A stretch of DNA of 64,000 nt from an uncultured Lichenihabitans sp. (GTDB taxonomy: Bacteria > Pseudomonadota > Alphaproteobacteria > Rhizobiales > Beijerinckiaceae): assembly GCA_964245915.1 (NCBI GenBank), contig CAXTOT010000007.1:21183-85182 (forward strand), in the 5' to 3' direction. The notes under the pieces are model-generated. The model was not told where the DNA came from and did no database searches. It saw only the letters and a program-made list of their open reading frames with translations. A program made the translations under genes and the position numbers. This document shows, piece after piece, positions 46,494 to 56,203 of the stretch (positions are counted from its first letter, which is position 1; each line of letters opens with the position of its first letter).

Positions 46494-48662
46494 ATGAGAT
46501 TCGACAACGAAGACGATCAGATGCGCCGGGAGCCGATGCTCCGGCACGAGCTGGACCTGCCCGCCATGGGCCGCGTGGTCAGGCGCCGCAAATATTGGGT
46601 GCTCGGGCCGGTGCTGCTGTGCTTCATCGCGGCCTTGATCGGGGTCAACGTGGTGGCGCCGCGCTACACGGCCGAAGCCAAGATCCTGCTCGAGAACCAG
46701 GAGAACTTCTTTACCCGCCCCGACCGCGGCGGGCGGGAAACCGATGTACTGCCCGACGACGAAGCCGTGCAAAGCCAGGTTCAGCTCGTCTCGTCCCGCG
46801 ACATCGCGCGCGACGCCATCAAAGTGCTCGGCCTTCAGGGCAATCCGGAGTTCGATCCGCTCGCCAATGGGCTGGGGAGCGTGACGCGCCTGCTCGTGCT
46901 GCTTGGCCTGGAACGCGACCCGCTTCGGGTTGCGCCGGAAGAGCGGATTCTGTCCACCTATTACGACAAGCTGAACGTTTATCCGGTAGTCAAGTCGCGC
47001 GTGCTGAGCGTTCAGTTCACCGCGCAGGACCCCGATCTCGCCGCCAAGGCCGCGAATACCATTTCCGACCTCTATATCAACCTCCAATCGAGCGCCAAAC
47101 GCGATAGCGCCCGGACCGCCGCGGCGTCACTGGCGAGCCAAATCGCGGATCTCAAGGTCAGGGCCGCGGCAGCCGAAACCAAGGCGCAGGAATATCGCGC
47201 GCAGAATGGCCTTCTGGTCGGCACCAACAATACGACCATCACGTCGCAGCAACTGGCCGACATCACAACGCAGCTCGCCCAAAGCCGCACCGCGGAGGCC
47301 GACTCGCAAGCCAAGGCCAAACTGCTCCGCGACATGATCAAGGCCAACCGAATCAGCGAAGTGCCGGATGTCGCCAACAATGACCTGATCCGCCGGATTT
47401 CCGACCAGCGCATCACGTTGAAGGCCCAGATCGCGCAGCAAGCGCAGACGCTGCTTCCCGGTCACCCGCACATGCAGGAGCTCAACGCCCAGCTCGCCGA
47501 CATCGACAACCAGATGCGGACGGCGGCCGATAAGATCGCGCGCACGCTTGAGAATGACGCTCGCATCGCGGCCAGCCGCGTCGAAAACCTGAAGACCGCG
47601 CTCGACGCGCAGAAGCAAACCGCCAGCACGGCCGGTGCCGACGAGGTCACGCTCAACAATCTCGAATCGCAGTCGCGCCTGCTGAAAGACCAGCTCGAGT
47701 TCACGACGCAGAAGTACCAAGAGGCCTTCGCGCGTGAAAATGCCCAGTCAACTCCTGCGGACGCCCGTGTGATTTCACGCGCGGTTGCGCCCGCGACTCC
47801 ATCTTTTCCCCGCAAAGGGCCGATGATCGCGATCTTCACATTGGCGGGTCTTTTGCTGTCGATCGGCGTCGTCATCGGCCGGGAACTGCTTTCCGGACGC
47901 GCCTTCATCCGCGAGACATCGCCCGGAGCCATGCCGGTTCAGCTCGCCCGCGAAGGCCGCTATGAGGACGAGGTTGAGGAGCTCGAAGCGCGCCCGACAC
48001 CACCCGGCGCCCCGATGGCCACGACGGCAAGAAGCGAGGACGACATGTCGCCGGACCTTGCCGCCGTGCTCAATGAGATCGGCACGCGCCGCAGAGATCA
48101 TGGCGGCATTCGCACCGTGATGGCGGGCGCCGCCGCGAACGTCCCGGTGGTCCCGACCGCGCTGCGGCTGGCCCGAGCCTTGGCACGACACAACCGGGTG
48201 ATCCTGGTCGATTGCGGGGCCGGACCCAGCGACCTCGACGGCCTTCTGGCCCGAGGGCAGACGAACCTCGCCGACGACTATACCATGCCCGGCTTGAAGG
48301 ACCTGCTGGCTGGCCGGACCACCTTCGCCGAGGTGATCCATAGGGACCCGATGTCCAGGCTGCACATCGTGCCCTTGGGGACAGGCCGCTCTGACGATCA
48401 GGAGGAGAGTTTCGACCTCGTGGCGGATGCGCTTGGGGAAACCTACGACCATGTGATCTTTGCCGTCCCGGTTCCCTTGCATGGCGAGGAGCTCGTTGCC
48501 GGGGAGCGGGCCGACCTCGCGGTCCTGATCGAATCGTCCGACTTGTCGCGAGAGGACGTCGATGCTTGCCGCGCGGCGCTCTACGCGGCCGGTGTTCCGA
48601 AGGTCGTCACGTTGGATCTCGATGCCGCCGACCAGCTGGCCGCAACCCGGAGCGCCGCTTAG
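46494..48662 (+). CDS. GumC/Wzc-like polysaccharide copolymerase (UppB-like) with degenerate kinase domain
   Basis: Wzz-type N-terminal TM and PRYTAEA, long coiled coil, PSFP + second TM, P-loop-like C-terminus without GKS/T. Confidence 0.88.
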   Translation: MRFDNEDDQMRREPMLRHELDLPAMGRVVRRRKYWVLGPVLLCFIAALIGVNVVAPRYTAEAKILLENQENFFTRPDRGGRETDVLPDDEAVQSQVQLVSSRDIARDAIKVLGLQGNPEFDPLANGLGSVTRLLVLLGLERDPLRVAPEERILSTYYDKLNVYPVVKSRVLSVQFTAQDPDLAAKAANTISDLYINLQSSAKRDSARTAAASLASQIADLKVRAAAAETKAQEYRAQNGLLVGTNNTTITSQQLADITTQLAQSRTAEADSQAKAKLLRDMIKANRISEVPDVANNDLIRRISDQRITLKAQIAQQAQTLLPGHPHMQELNAQLADIDNQMRTAADKIARTLENDARIAASRVENLKTALDAQKQTASTAGADEVTLNNLESQSRLLKDQLEFTTQKYQEAFARENAQSTPADARVISRAVAPATPSFPRKGPMIAIFTLAGLLLSIGVVIGRELLSGRAFIRETSPGAMPVQLAREGRYEDEVEELEARPTPPGAPMATTARSEDDMSPDLAAVLNEIGTRRRDHGGIRTVMAGAAANVPVVPTALRLARALARHNRVILVDCGAGPSDLDGLLARGQTNLADDYTMPGLKDLLAGRTTFAEVIHRDPMSRLHIVPLGTGRSDDQEESFDLVADALGETYDHVIFAVPVPLHGEELVAGERADLAVLIESSDLSREDVDACRAALYAAGVPKVVTLDLDAADQLAATRSAA

Positions 48663-49897
48663 CGTCGCGGGATGGCGTTCGCAATCCGAGCGCGAAGCCG
48701 CCGTAGCCGCTGCACCGCCGGCCAAGCCCAGACCGAGCGTTTGACCGCCCGTTTCACGCGCAGGCGCAACGATTCGCCCACCAGACACAGCCGTCCGACA
48801 GGCGTGAGCGGGAAAAAACTGTCGAACAGCGGATCCGGGACGGGGCAGTAGGTTTCTTTGTAGCGCGCCTCGCCCACGCCGAGATCGAAGCTGCCAAAAC
48901 CCTCGAGACATTTCATCCGAATAACGGAGGCGAGCAGCAGGTCACCCGGGCTGTTTCGGGCATAGGCCAGTTCCGCATCATGCGAGATCAGCATGCCGGA
49001 GAAGTGTCCCGCATGCGCCAGTCCGCCGAAGGTGGCGACGATTCGCTCGCCGCAGTGGAGGGCGTGAAGCTCGAGCGCCGCCGCACCCTCGGGCGAGGGC
49101 TGGGAGGCCTGCTGCAAGAACGCGCGGCGCGCCGGACTGTCCAAACTGGCCCGCACCCCGGCGGCGGCGAGCTTGGAGGCCTTCTGGGCCAGATGAGTCG
49201 ACAGAATCTCATCGATCTCGTGGGCCGAGCGCGCGACGCGGTGGGACACCGCCCCAACCGCGTCGAGCCGGTTCCGCTTGGTACGCAAGAGCTTGCGAGC
49301 ATGGTTCGAGTGACGAGCATCGAAGAAGGCGTCCGGATCGGCCGGCAACACCGCGCGGTGGCTAAAACTCGGGCTTGGTTGCCCCGGCCACAGCGCGAGC
49401 GGATTGGGGATAGCCTGCCATTGATGCGGCTGGTCCAAGAGCGCGAACATGTCGACGCGCAAGGGCGATGCTGCTGCTGCCGCGCGGAACAAGGCAACGA
49501 TGTCGGTCGGCCGCCACACCGGACCCGGCCTGAACAGGCCCATGTTGTAGTTGCACTGCTTGCCGCCCAAAAATCCCGCGACCCGCATGAAGGGGGACCG
49601 CCGCACTCCGAGCGGGAGGAGCGCCAAAACGCGACCGTGCCGGTCGTAGGCCAGCACCAGGAAAGGAACGATTCCGGCGGCCCGGCCTTCCGTGCCGATC
49701 CAGGGCAGCAGGAAGCCGCTCGTCTGGAACGGCGAGATCGGAGCGATCGCTTCGAGTTCCCGCCAGGCTTCGAGTGCGAGGCTCGGATCGGTCAGCACGT
49801 CGACCCGTGCAAACACGCAGAGGGCCAGGTCCGATCCATCCCCGGCACTCGAACGGGATCGACCCGGCGCGATGCTCTCTTGGATGTCGGCGCGCAT
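48659..49897 (-). CDS. CelD/BcsL-type GNAT acetyltransferase (UppA-like)
   Basis: SPFQ, LLPL, NYN, SPGDLL, FDLGVGEARYK. Confidence 0.85.
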   Translation of the reverse strand: MRADIQESIAPGRSRSSAGDGSDLALCVFARVDVLTDPSLALEAWRELEAIAPISPFQTSGFLLPWIGTEGRAAGIVPFLVLAYDRHGRVLALLPLGVRRSPFMRVAGFLGGKQCNYNMGLFRPGPVWRPTDIVALFRAAAAASPLRVDMFALLDQPHQWQAIPNPLALWPGQPSPSFSHRAVLPADPDAFFDARHSNHARKLLRTKRNRLDAVGAVSHRVARSAHEIDEILSTHLAQKASKLAAAGVRASLDSPARRAFLQQASQPSPEGAAALELHALHCGERIVATFGGLAHAGHFSGMLISHDAELAYARNSPGDLLLASVIRMKCLEGFGSFDLGVGEARYKETYCPVPDPLFDSFFPLTPVGRLCLVGESLRLRVKRAVKRSVWAWPAVQRLRRLRARIANAIPRR

Positions 49898-49997
49898 CCC
49901 GCCTCCGCTTGGACGCCAACGTCCGCCATTCAGCTTGCTGCTTAGCAAGCAAACGTCAACGCCCCCTTGCTACGCTCATCGAAGGAGTGAATTGGGC

Positions 49998-51053
49998 ATG
50001 GGCTTGCGACGACGGGTCATCGAGGCAGGCTTTGGCGTCATCGCGGCAACGCGGCTGCACCGCCTTGCGGCGCCCTATTTGCGAGGGCTCGGCGCCATTC
50101 TGATGTTTCACCACGTCCGGCCGCCGGCCCGGCATGACTTCGCGCCCAACGGGCTGCTCGACATCACGCCGGACTTCCTCGACGCGGCCATCCGCCATCT
50201 GCAGCACTGCGGCTATGACATCGTGACGCTCGACGAGGCTTTGGAACGGCTGCGCCTTGGGACCCCGGCAAAGCGGCCGTTCGCGGTGCTGACCTTCGAC
50301 GACGGCTACCGGGACAACAGGGATTTTGCCTTGCCGATCCTGGAGCGGCACGGGGCGCCTGCGACCTTCTATGTGACGACCGGTTTTGCCGACCGGAGCG
50401 CCCGCCTGTGGTGGGTGGAACTCGAAGAGGCCGTTCGCCGCGCCGATCGCCTCGTTCTGACAATCGCTGGAGAGCGGCTCGACCTTCGCGCCCGCAATGC
50501 TCGTGAAAAGCTAGACGCCTATGAGGCCATCTACTGGCGTCTGCGGCATGGCCCGGAGGATCAGCTGCTCGGCACGATCGCGGCACTCTGCGCCGAGCAG
50601 GGTGTCGATGGCTGCAGCCTCGTCGCGGCTGACTGCATGGACTGGGCCGAGATCGAGGCTTTCGCCAACCATCCGCTGGTCTCGATCGGGGCGCATACCC
50701 TCACCCATCCGATGCTGGCCAAATGGAGCGAAGCGCGCGTCCGTCGCGAACTGGAGGAGGCAAAGGCCAGCCTGGAAACCCGCCTCGCGCGACCTGTGCG
50801 TCATCTGGCCTATCCGGTCGGGGACCGCACCTCAGCGGGGCCGCGTGAATTCGCCCTGGCGCGGGCGTGCGGGTTCACGAGTGCCGTCACGACCCGCCCC
50901 GGTCTCATTTACGCCGAACATGCCGCGCATTCGACGGCTTTGCCCCGCGTCTCCGTGAACGGAAACTTTCAGACGACCACGAACCTGGATATCCTGTTGT
51001 CGGGCGCCGCCTTCGCCTTGTGGAATCGGGGCCGTCACGTCGACGCGGCATAA
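49998..51053 (+). CDS. Polysaccharide deacetylase (CE4)
   Basis: LMFHHV, LTFDDGY, GAHTLTHP, AYPVG, LPRV. Confidence 0.92.
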   Translation: MGLRRRVIEAGFGVIAATRLHRLAAPYLRGLGAILMFHHVRPPARHDFAPNGLLDITPDFLDAAIRHLQHCGYDIVTLDEALERLRLGTPAKRPFAVLTFDDGYRDNRDFALPILERHGAPATFYVTTGFADRSARLWWVELEEAVRRADRLVLTIAGERLDLRARNAREKLDAYEAIYWRLRHGPEDQLLGTIAALCAEQGVDGCSLVAADCMDWAEIEAFANHPLVSIGAHTLTHPMLAKWSEARVRRELEEAKASLETRLARPVRHLAYPVGDRTSAGPREFALARACGFTSAVTTRPGLIYAEHAAHSTALPRVSVNGNFQTTTNLDILLSGAAFALWNRGRHVDAA

Positions 51054-51078
51054 TCCCGGTGTCGATGGAGACCCTCAC

Positions 51079-51762
51079 GTGCATTGGACAGTTTTTTCGC
51101 TTGTCTCGACAGTGTTGGCCATCGGGTTGCCAAGCGCGGCCGCTTTGGCGGTCGGCGCTTCACCGGTGTGGCCCGATACCACTCAGTCCCGTCTCGAAGC
51201 TCTGGCCTTGTTGCAGACCCTGAACGTCGACTTGTTGAGCCACGACAGCGCAACCCTGACACTCGACCGATGGTGCGGCGCCCACCAATTGGCCACCCCG
51301 GCCCGCATCGTGGCCGAGCGTGTCAAGACCGAAAAAGAACCCACGGTCGAGCAGCGCCAAACCCTTGGTGTCGGAGCCGACGAGCCCGTCCGCTACCGCA
51401 GGGTCCGCTTACGCTGCGGGGATGTCGTGCTTTCGGAGGCGGACAATTGGTATGTCCCGGCTCGGTTGACGGCCGGCATGAACCAACAGCTGGAAACCAC
51501 CGACATCGCCTTCGGCCGCGCCGTACAGCCTTTGCATTTCCAACGCCGCACGCTCGCCGCCACCTTGCTGTGGCAGCCCCTTCCCGAGGGGTGGGAGATG
51601 GGCGCCCAACCGCCAAGACAAAGCGGCGACACATTGGCAATCCCGAACCAGGTGCTGCAGCACCGCGCCATTTTGACGCTTCCCGACGGCACGCCCTTCA
51701 GCGAAGTGGTTGAAACCTACACCAGCCACGTGCTCGGCTTTCCCCAGCCCTCCCTCCGCTAG
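51079..51762 (+). CDS. Hypothetical exported protein, chorismate lyase (UbiC/UTRA)-like
   Basis: Signal-peptide-like N-terminus ending AAALA; SATLTL, RRVRL, IAFGRAV and VVETY resemble UbiC-fold segments. Confidence 0.55.
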   Translation: MHWTVFSLVSTVLAIGLPSAAALAVGASPVWPDTTQSRLEALALLQTLNVDLLSHDSATLTLDRWCGAHQLATPARIVAERVKTEKEPTVEQRQTLGVGADEPVRYRRVRLRCGDVVLSEADNWYVPARLTAGMNQQLETTDIAFGRAVQPLHFQRRTLAATLLWQPLPEGWEMGAQPPRQSGDTLAIPNQVLQHRAILTLPDGTPFSEVVETYTSHVLGFPQPSLR

Positions 51763-51992
51763 ATCGGGCCAGGAGCCGGATCGTCGGGGTCGGGGCGTTC
51801 CATCCAGGTCAGCAGGGGGAGCAGCGGCACAATCCAGGCGAGTCCCACGACCGCGTAGAAGATCGTTTGCGCCCATGCTGGCATGTGGTGCACCGGCTCC
51901 GACTGCGCGACCAACATGGCGGTAGCCGCATAAATGCCGACAAAGGCGAGCATCACGCTCGCGCCGACGAATTTCCGGGTACGTCTGCGCAT
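51759..51992 (-). CDS. DUF2842-like small membrane protein
   Basis: MRRRTRKFVG, two TM helices, GLAWIVP...WM; divergent from ctaA. Confidence 0.8.
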   Translation of the reverse strand: MRRRTRKFVGASVMLAFVGIYAATAMLVAQSEPVHHMPAWAQTIFYAVVGLAWIVPLLPLLTWMERPDPDDPAPGPI

Positions 51993-52093
51993 CTTTGTCC
52001 TAGAAGGCTGGCCGGGTGCCGTACCGGTTGCTTGGCAAGGGCTTCCGTCCGGCAGCAATTCGAATTCGCGTCTCAAAGCAGGTTCGCCGCTTC

Positions 52094-53245
52094 ATGTCGA
52101 CCCAATCCAGCCTCAACGTCGCGACCCCGAACATGTCTCCGCACTTGGCGGTCGCGGTGCCGACGCAAGCCGGGCTCGACCGCCTCAACGCGGTCCGCAT
52201 CTGGCTGTGGATCGTGGCCCTGATGATCCTCGCCATGGTGGTGGTGGGCGGCGCAACGCGCCTGACCGAGTCAGGGCTCTCGATCACCGAATGGAAGCCC
52301 ATCAGCGGCGTCATCCCGCCCCTGACCCAGGACGCCTGGCAGGCCGAGTTCGACAAATACAAGACCATTCCTCAATACGCGCAGGTGTTTCCCGCCATGG
52401 ACCTGCAGGGCTTCAAATCGATCTTCTATTGGGAATGGGCGCATCGGCTCCTCGGCCGGGTGATCGGCATCGTGGTGGCGCTCCCGCTGGCATGGTTCTG
52501 GCTGTCGGGCGCCCTGTCGCGTGGGCTCAAGATCAAGCTCGTCGGTCTTTTGGCGCTCGGCGCCCTGCAGGGTCTCATCGGCTGGTGGATGGTGAAATCG
52601 GGTCTCGTGAACCGGACCGAGGTCTCGCAATATCGCTTGGCGCTGCACCTGCTCGTCGCCTCGGCCACGCTGGCGTTGTCGGTCTGGTTTGCCGAAAGCC
52701 TGTATCCCGCGCCCTTGGTGCGGCTCGGGAATGCCACAGCGCGGGTTCGTGTATCCGCGACATTGTTGGTGGCGGGTGTCTTCGTGCAGCTCGGTCTCGG
52801 GGCCCTCGTGGCCGGGCTGCGGGCTGGCCGCATCTACAACACATGGCCACTCATGGGCGACTATGTGGTGCCGCCCCGATCGGAGCTTTTCTTCAACACC
52901 CCGCTCTGGCGCAACGCCTTCGAGAACGCCACGACCGCGCAGTTCGACCATCGCATGATGGCCTACCTTTTGCTCATCGGCGCCGTGGCCCATGCCCTCG
53001 ATTGCCGACGTGCCGCGCCCAAAACCCGCGCCGCACGCACCTCGCTCGCTCTGGTGATCGTGATTGCATGCCAAGCCTCGATCGGCATCGCCACCCTGGT
53101 GTGGTCCGTGCCGCTCGGCGCGGCCCTGACCCATCAAGCCTTTGCGATGGTGGTTTTGGCCGTTGCCGTCACCCACCGCTGCGGCTTGCGTGGTGCATGG
53201 CGGCGGACCCCGCCGCTTCAGGTCATCGCCCCCGCAAGCGCCTGA
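52094..53245 (+). CDS. ctaA: Heme A synthase (COX15/CtaA)
   Basis: GGATRLTESGLSI, EWAHR, RLALHL, QFDHR, HQ. Confidence 0.95.
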   Translation: MSTQSSLNVATPNMSPHLAVAVPTQAGLDRLNAVRIWLWIVALMILAMVVVGGATRLTESGLSITEWKPISGVIPPLTQDAWQAEFDKYKTIPQYAQVFPAMDLQGFKSIFYWEWAHRLLGRVIGIVVALPLAWFWLSGALSRGLKIKLVGLLALGALQGLIGWWMVKSGLVNRTEVSQYRLALHLLVASATLALSVWFAESLYPAPLVRLGNATARVRVSATLLVAGVFVQLGLGALVAGLRAGRIYNTWPLMGDYVVPPRSELFFNTPLWRNAFENATTAQFDHRMMAYLLLIGAVAHALDCRRAAPKTRAARTSLALVIVIACQASIGIATLVWSVPLGAALTHQAFAMVVLAVAVTHRCGLRGAWRRTPPLQVIAPASA

Positions 53246-54342
53246 TCGAGATCGGCGATCAAGTCATCGACGTCTTCCAGCCCCACATAGAGGCAGATCA
53301 GTCGGTCTTTGCTCGGTGCTGCGTCCGCCAACGCCGACCGCGCCCGTCCCGCGGGTCCCGATACAGCGACCAACTGCAATCGATGGGCGAATGAAGCGTG
53401 GTCCGCGCCGCCATGTAGGACAAAGCTGAGGATCGGGCCAGCAGCGGTCCCATCCTCCAACCCGGCATAAGCTGTCCGTTCGACCGCCGGATGAGCCGAT
53501 AGATGACGCGTGATCGCGAGCGCGGTTTCGCCCTGACGCCGAACCCTGAGCTCCAGCGTGGCGAGCCCGGCCAGCGCCGCCGCCGTTTCGGCCGCCGCCA
53601 ACCCGGACCCGAGGTCGCGCAGGCTGGTGGTGCGCAACGCCGCCGCAAACGCGAAGTTTCCGAACCGGTCGCCGATCGACTGGCCGTCGAGGAAGATTCT
53701 AGGCCGCGCCAACTTGCCGCCCACAGACCAGTCGAAGTTGCCGCCGTCGACCACGAGGCCGAAAGTGGCGGTGTCCTGACCCGTGAGCGACATCGCACCG
53801 GCATGGACCACGATGTTGGCGCCGTGTGTGATGGGGCGGATCAGGGCAGGGGTTGCGAGCGTGTTGTCGACCACCAGCGGGATCTCGGCCTGCTGGGCTA
53901 TGGCGGCCAAGGCCTCGAGGTCGACGGGGTGGCCCGTTGCAAGCAGCGATTCGACCACGATCGCCTTGAGGCGGGGCGATGCCGCGTCCGCTAGGCCGTC
54001 CGGATCGGTTGGATCGAAGGCCGTCACGGTCCAACCGAACTCGTCCGCGGCCTCGGTGAGTCTGCCGAGATCGCGGCCGAAGACGGACCGTGACACCAAC
54101 ACCTCATCGCCGGCGCTGAGCAGCAGGTGCAACACCGTGAGATGGGCAGCAAGCCCGGACACGGCCGCGACCGCAGCGATCCCGCCTTCCAGGATCGCGA
54201 GCCTTTCCTCCATCACCGTCGAGGTTTCGGCCGCCCCCAGAATGGGTGTCGCTCTTGGGGCGACCACCTGGCTCGGGTCGTCGCCGGCGTGGATCGCGAG
54301 GGTCGAAATGCCTGGTCCCTGTCGGGACGGATCGTGGGTCAT
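53218..54342 (-). CDS. Degenerate O-acetylhomoserine sulfhydrylase (MetY)-like protein lacking the PLP lysine
   Basis: STLAIHAG, LEGG, VDNTLATP, DGGNFDW, LRDLG and GLEDVDDLIADL match the MetY scaffold; HS(L/A)TK is replaced by HAGAM. Confidence 0.85.
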   Translation of the reverse strand: MTHDPSRQGPGISTLAIHAGDDPSQVVAPRATPILGAAETSTVMEERLAILEGGIAAVAAVSGLAAHLTVLHLLLSAGDEVLVSRSVFGRDLGRLTEAADEFGWTVTAFDPTDPDGLADAASPRLKAIVVESLLATGHPVDLEALAAIAQQAEIPLVVDNTLATPALIRPITHGANIVVHAGAMSLTGQDTATFGLVVDGGNFDWSVGGKLARPRIFLDGQSIGDRFGNFAFAAALRTTSLRDLGSGLAAAETAAALAGLATLELRVRRQGETALAITRHLSAHPAVERTAYAGLEDGTAAGPILSFVLHGGADHASFAHRLQLVAVSGPAGRARSALADAAPSKDRLICLYVGLEDVDDLIADLDQALAGAMT

Positions 54343-54376
54343 CGACGGCGCGTCCGCTTTGCTCGGTCTTGCCCCC

Positions 54377-54814
54377 TTACTGCGCGAACAGCCGTGGGAT
54401 GTCGATCTTCGGGCATCGGTTCATCACGACATCGAGCCCAGCCGCCTCGGCCTTCTCGGCGGCCGCGTCGACTCGAACGCCGATCTGCATCCAGAACACG
54501 CTGGGGCGGGGCGCCATCGCCAAGACTTCGTCGACCACGCCTAAAACCGCGGCATTGTTGCGGAACACATCGACCATATCGACCGGTTCTGTAATGTCGG
54601 CCAGGCAGTGATAGGCCGGGGCGCCCGCGATCGTCTCGCCGGTGGCGGCCGGGTTGACGGCTAAGACCCGATAGCCGCGCGCGAGTAGAAAACGCATCAC
54701 GCCGAACGACGGTCGTGCCGGGTTTTCGGAAGCCCCGACAACCGCAATCGTTTTTACCCGGCGGAGGATGTCGCGGAGATAGGAGTCCGGATAGTGATCG
54801 TGTCCTGTGACCAT
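54377..54814 (-). CDS. CoA-binding protein (YccU-like)
   Basis: IAVVGAS, VNP, DMVDVFR, WMQIG, MNRC. Confidence 0.92.
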   Translation of the reverse strand: MVTGHDHYPDSYLRDILRRVKTIAVVGASENPARPSFGVMRFLLARGYRVLAVNPAATGETIAGAPAYHCLADITEPVDMVDVFRNNAAVLGVVDEVLAMAPRPSVFWMQIGVRVDAAAEKAEAAGLDVVMNRCPKIDIPRLFAQ

Positions 54815-55013
54815 CACGTCATACCTCGAAGCCTGGCCGGCGCATTGGCCGAGTAAAGAGTTAGGTCCGGGGGGCAGGGCCATGCAAGGTGCGGGAGCTG
54901 CATGCGGCCTTCCGGCGCGACCTCGACTCAACAAAGCTGGTAGGGTATCATGATACCTGGTCAGGCAAACCGTTGAGACAGTTGAGATTCTGCGTGGACT
55001 CCGGCGCAAATCG

Positions 55014-55042
55014 TTGACGAGCGGTCAAAAGCCTTGTATTGC
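55014..55042 (+). promoter_or_regulatory. Candidate rplM promoter
   Basis: TTGACG-N17-TATTGC about 60 nt upstream of the rplM start. Confidence 0.55.
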
Positions 55043-55103
55043 CCCGGCAGACGAGTGAACCCTTCGGGTGCCCTCGCGACAATCGTTGCACAAGCGGATC
55101 ACT

Positions 55104-55574
55104 ATGTTCGGCAAGACTTATTCGGCCAAGACCGCCGAGATCGAAAAGAAATGGGTGCTGATCGACGCCAAAGGCTTGGTAGTGGGCCGTCTGGCCTCCA
55201 TCATCGCCATGCGTCTGCGCGGCAAGCACAAGCCAAGCTTCACGCCTCACGTCGACGACGGCGACAACATCATCGTGATCAACGCCGACAAGGTGGTGCT
55301 GACCGGTCGCAAGCGCGACAACAAGGTTTACTACCACCACACCGGTTATCCCGGCGGCATCAAGGAGCGGTCGGCCAAGTTCATTCTCGAAGGCCGGTTT
55401 CCCGAGCGGATCGTGGAAAAGGCCGTCGAGCGCATGTTGCCGCGTGGCCCGTTGGGCCGGCAGCAGTTCAGCAATCTGCGGGTCTACAAGGGCGCCGAGC
55501 ACCCGCATGAGGCGCAGCAACCGGTAACGCTCGACGTCGGTGTCATGAATTCCAAGAACAAGAAGGTCGCCTGA
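55104..55574 (+). CDS. rplM: 50S ribosomal protein L13
   Basis: GRLAS, GKHKP, HTGYPGG, HPHEAQ. Confidence 0.98.
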   Translation: MFGKTYSAKTAEIEKKWVLIDAKGLVVGRLASIIAMRLRGKHKPSFTPHVDDGDNIIVINADKVVLTGRKRDNKVYYHHTGYPGGIKERSAKFILEGRFPERIVEKAVERMLPRGPLGRQQFSNLRVYKGAEHPHEAQQPVTLDVGVMNSKNKKVA

Positions 55575-55575
55575 T

Positions 55576-56055
55576 ATGGCCGAGACTCTCTCCTCCCTGC
55601 AGGACCTCGGATCCTCGTCGGTCGCCGAGCCCTCTTCCGCACCGGTCTATGTGCAGAAGATCGACAAGTTCGGCCGCGCCTACGCGACCGGCAAGCGCAA
55701 GGATGCGGTCGCGCGCGTCTGGCTGAAGCCCGGCACGGGTAAGGTCAGCGTGAACGATCGCACCATCGAGGTGTATTTCGCGCGCCCGGTGCTGCGCATG
55801 ATCGTCAATCAGCCCTTCGAGGTGGTCAGCCGCACCAACCAGTATGACCTGGTGATCACGGTGGCGGGCGGCGGCCTTTCGGGGCAGGCGGGCGCGGTGC
55901 GCCATGGCCTGTCCAAGGCGCTCACCTATTATGAGCCCGAGCTGCGCTCCGTGCTGAAGCGCGAAGGCTTCCTCACCCGCGACTCGCGCGTAGTCGAGCG
56001 CAAGAAATACGGCAAGAAGAAAGCCCGCCGCAGCTTCCAGTTCTCCAAGCGCTGA
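55576..56055 (+). CDS. rpsI: 30S ribosomal protein S9
   Basis: [26 protein letters not shown]. Confidence 0.98.
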   Translation: MAETLSSLQDLGSSSVAEPSSAPVYVQKIDKFGRAYATGKRKDAVARVWLKPGTGKVSVNDRTIEVYFARPVLRMIVNQPFEVVSRTNQYDLVITVAGGGLSGQAGAVRHGLSKALTYYEPELRSVLKREGFLTRDSRVVERKKYGKKKARRSFQFSKR

Positions 56056-56084
56056 TCGGTCCCAGACCGCAGGCTTCGACAACC

Positions 56085-56113
56085 AAGGCTCCCCGGTTCG
56101 GGGAGCCTTTTTT
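56085..56113 (+). terminator. Rho-independent terminator of rplM-rpsI
   Basis: AAGGCTCCCCG-GTT-CGGGGAGCCTT followed by a T run. Confidence 0.85.
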
Positions 56114-56203
56114 ATTGGCGGCCGCGCAATCATCTTTCCCGTCGGCACGTCATCGTGCCGTCGGAAAGGCGGCGCAGACCGGACCGAAACAGGGGTCATC
56201 CTC

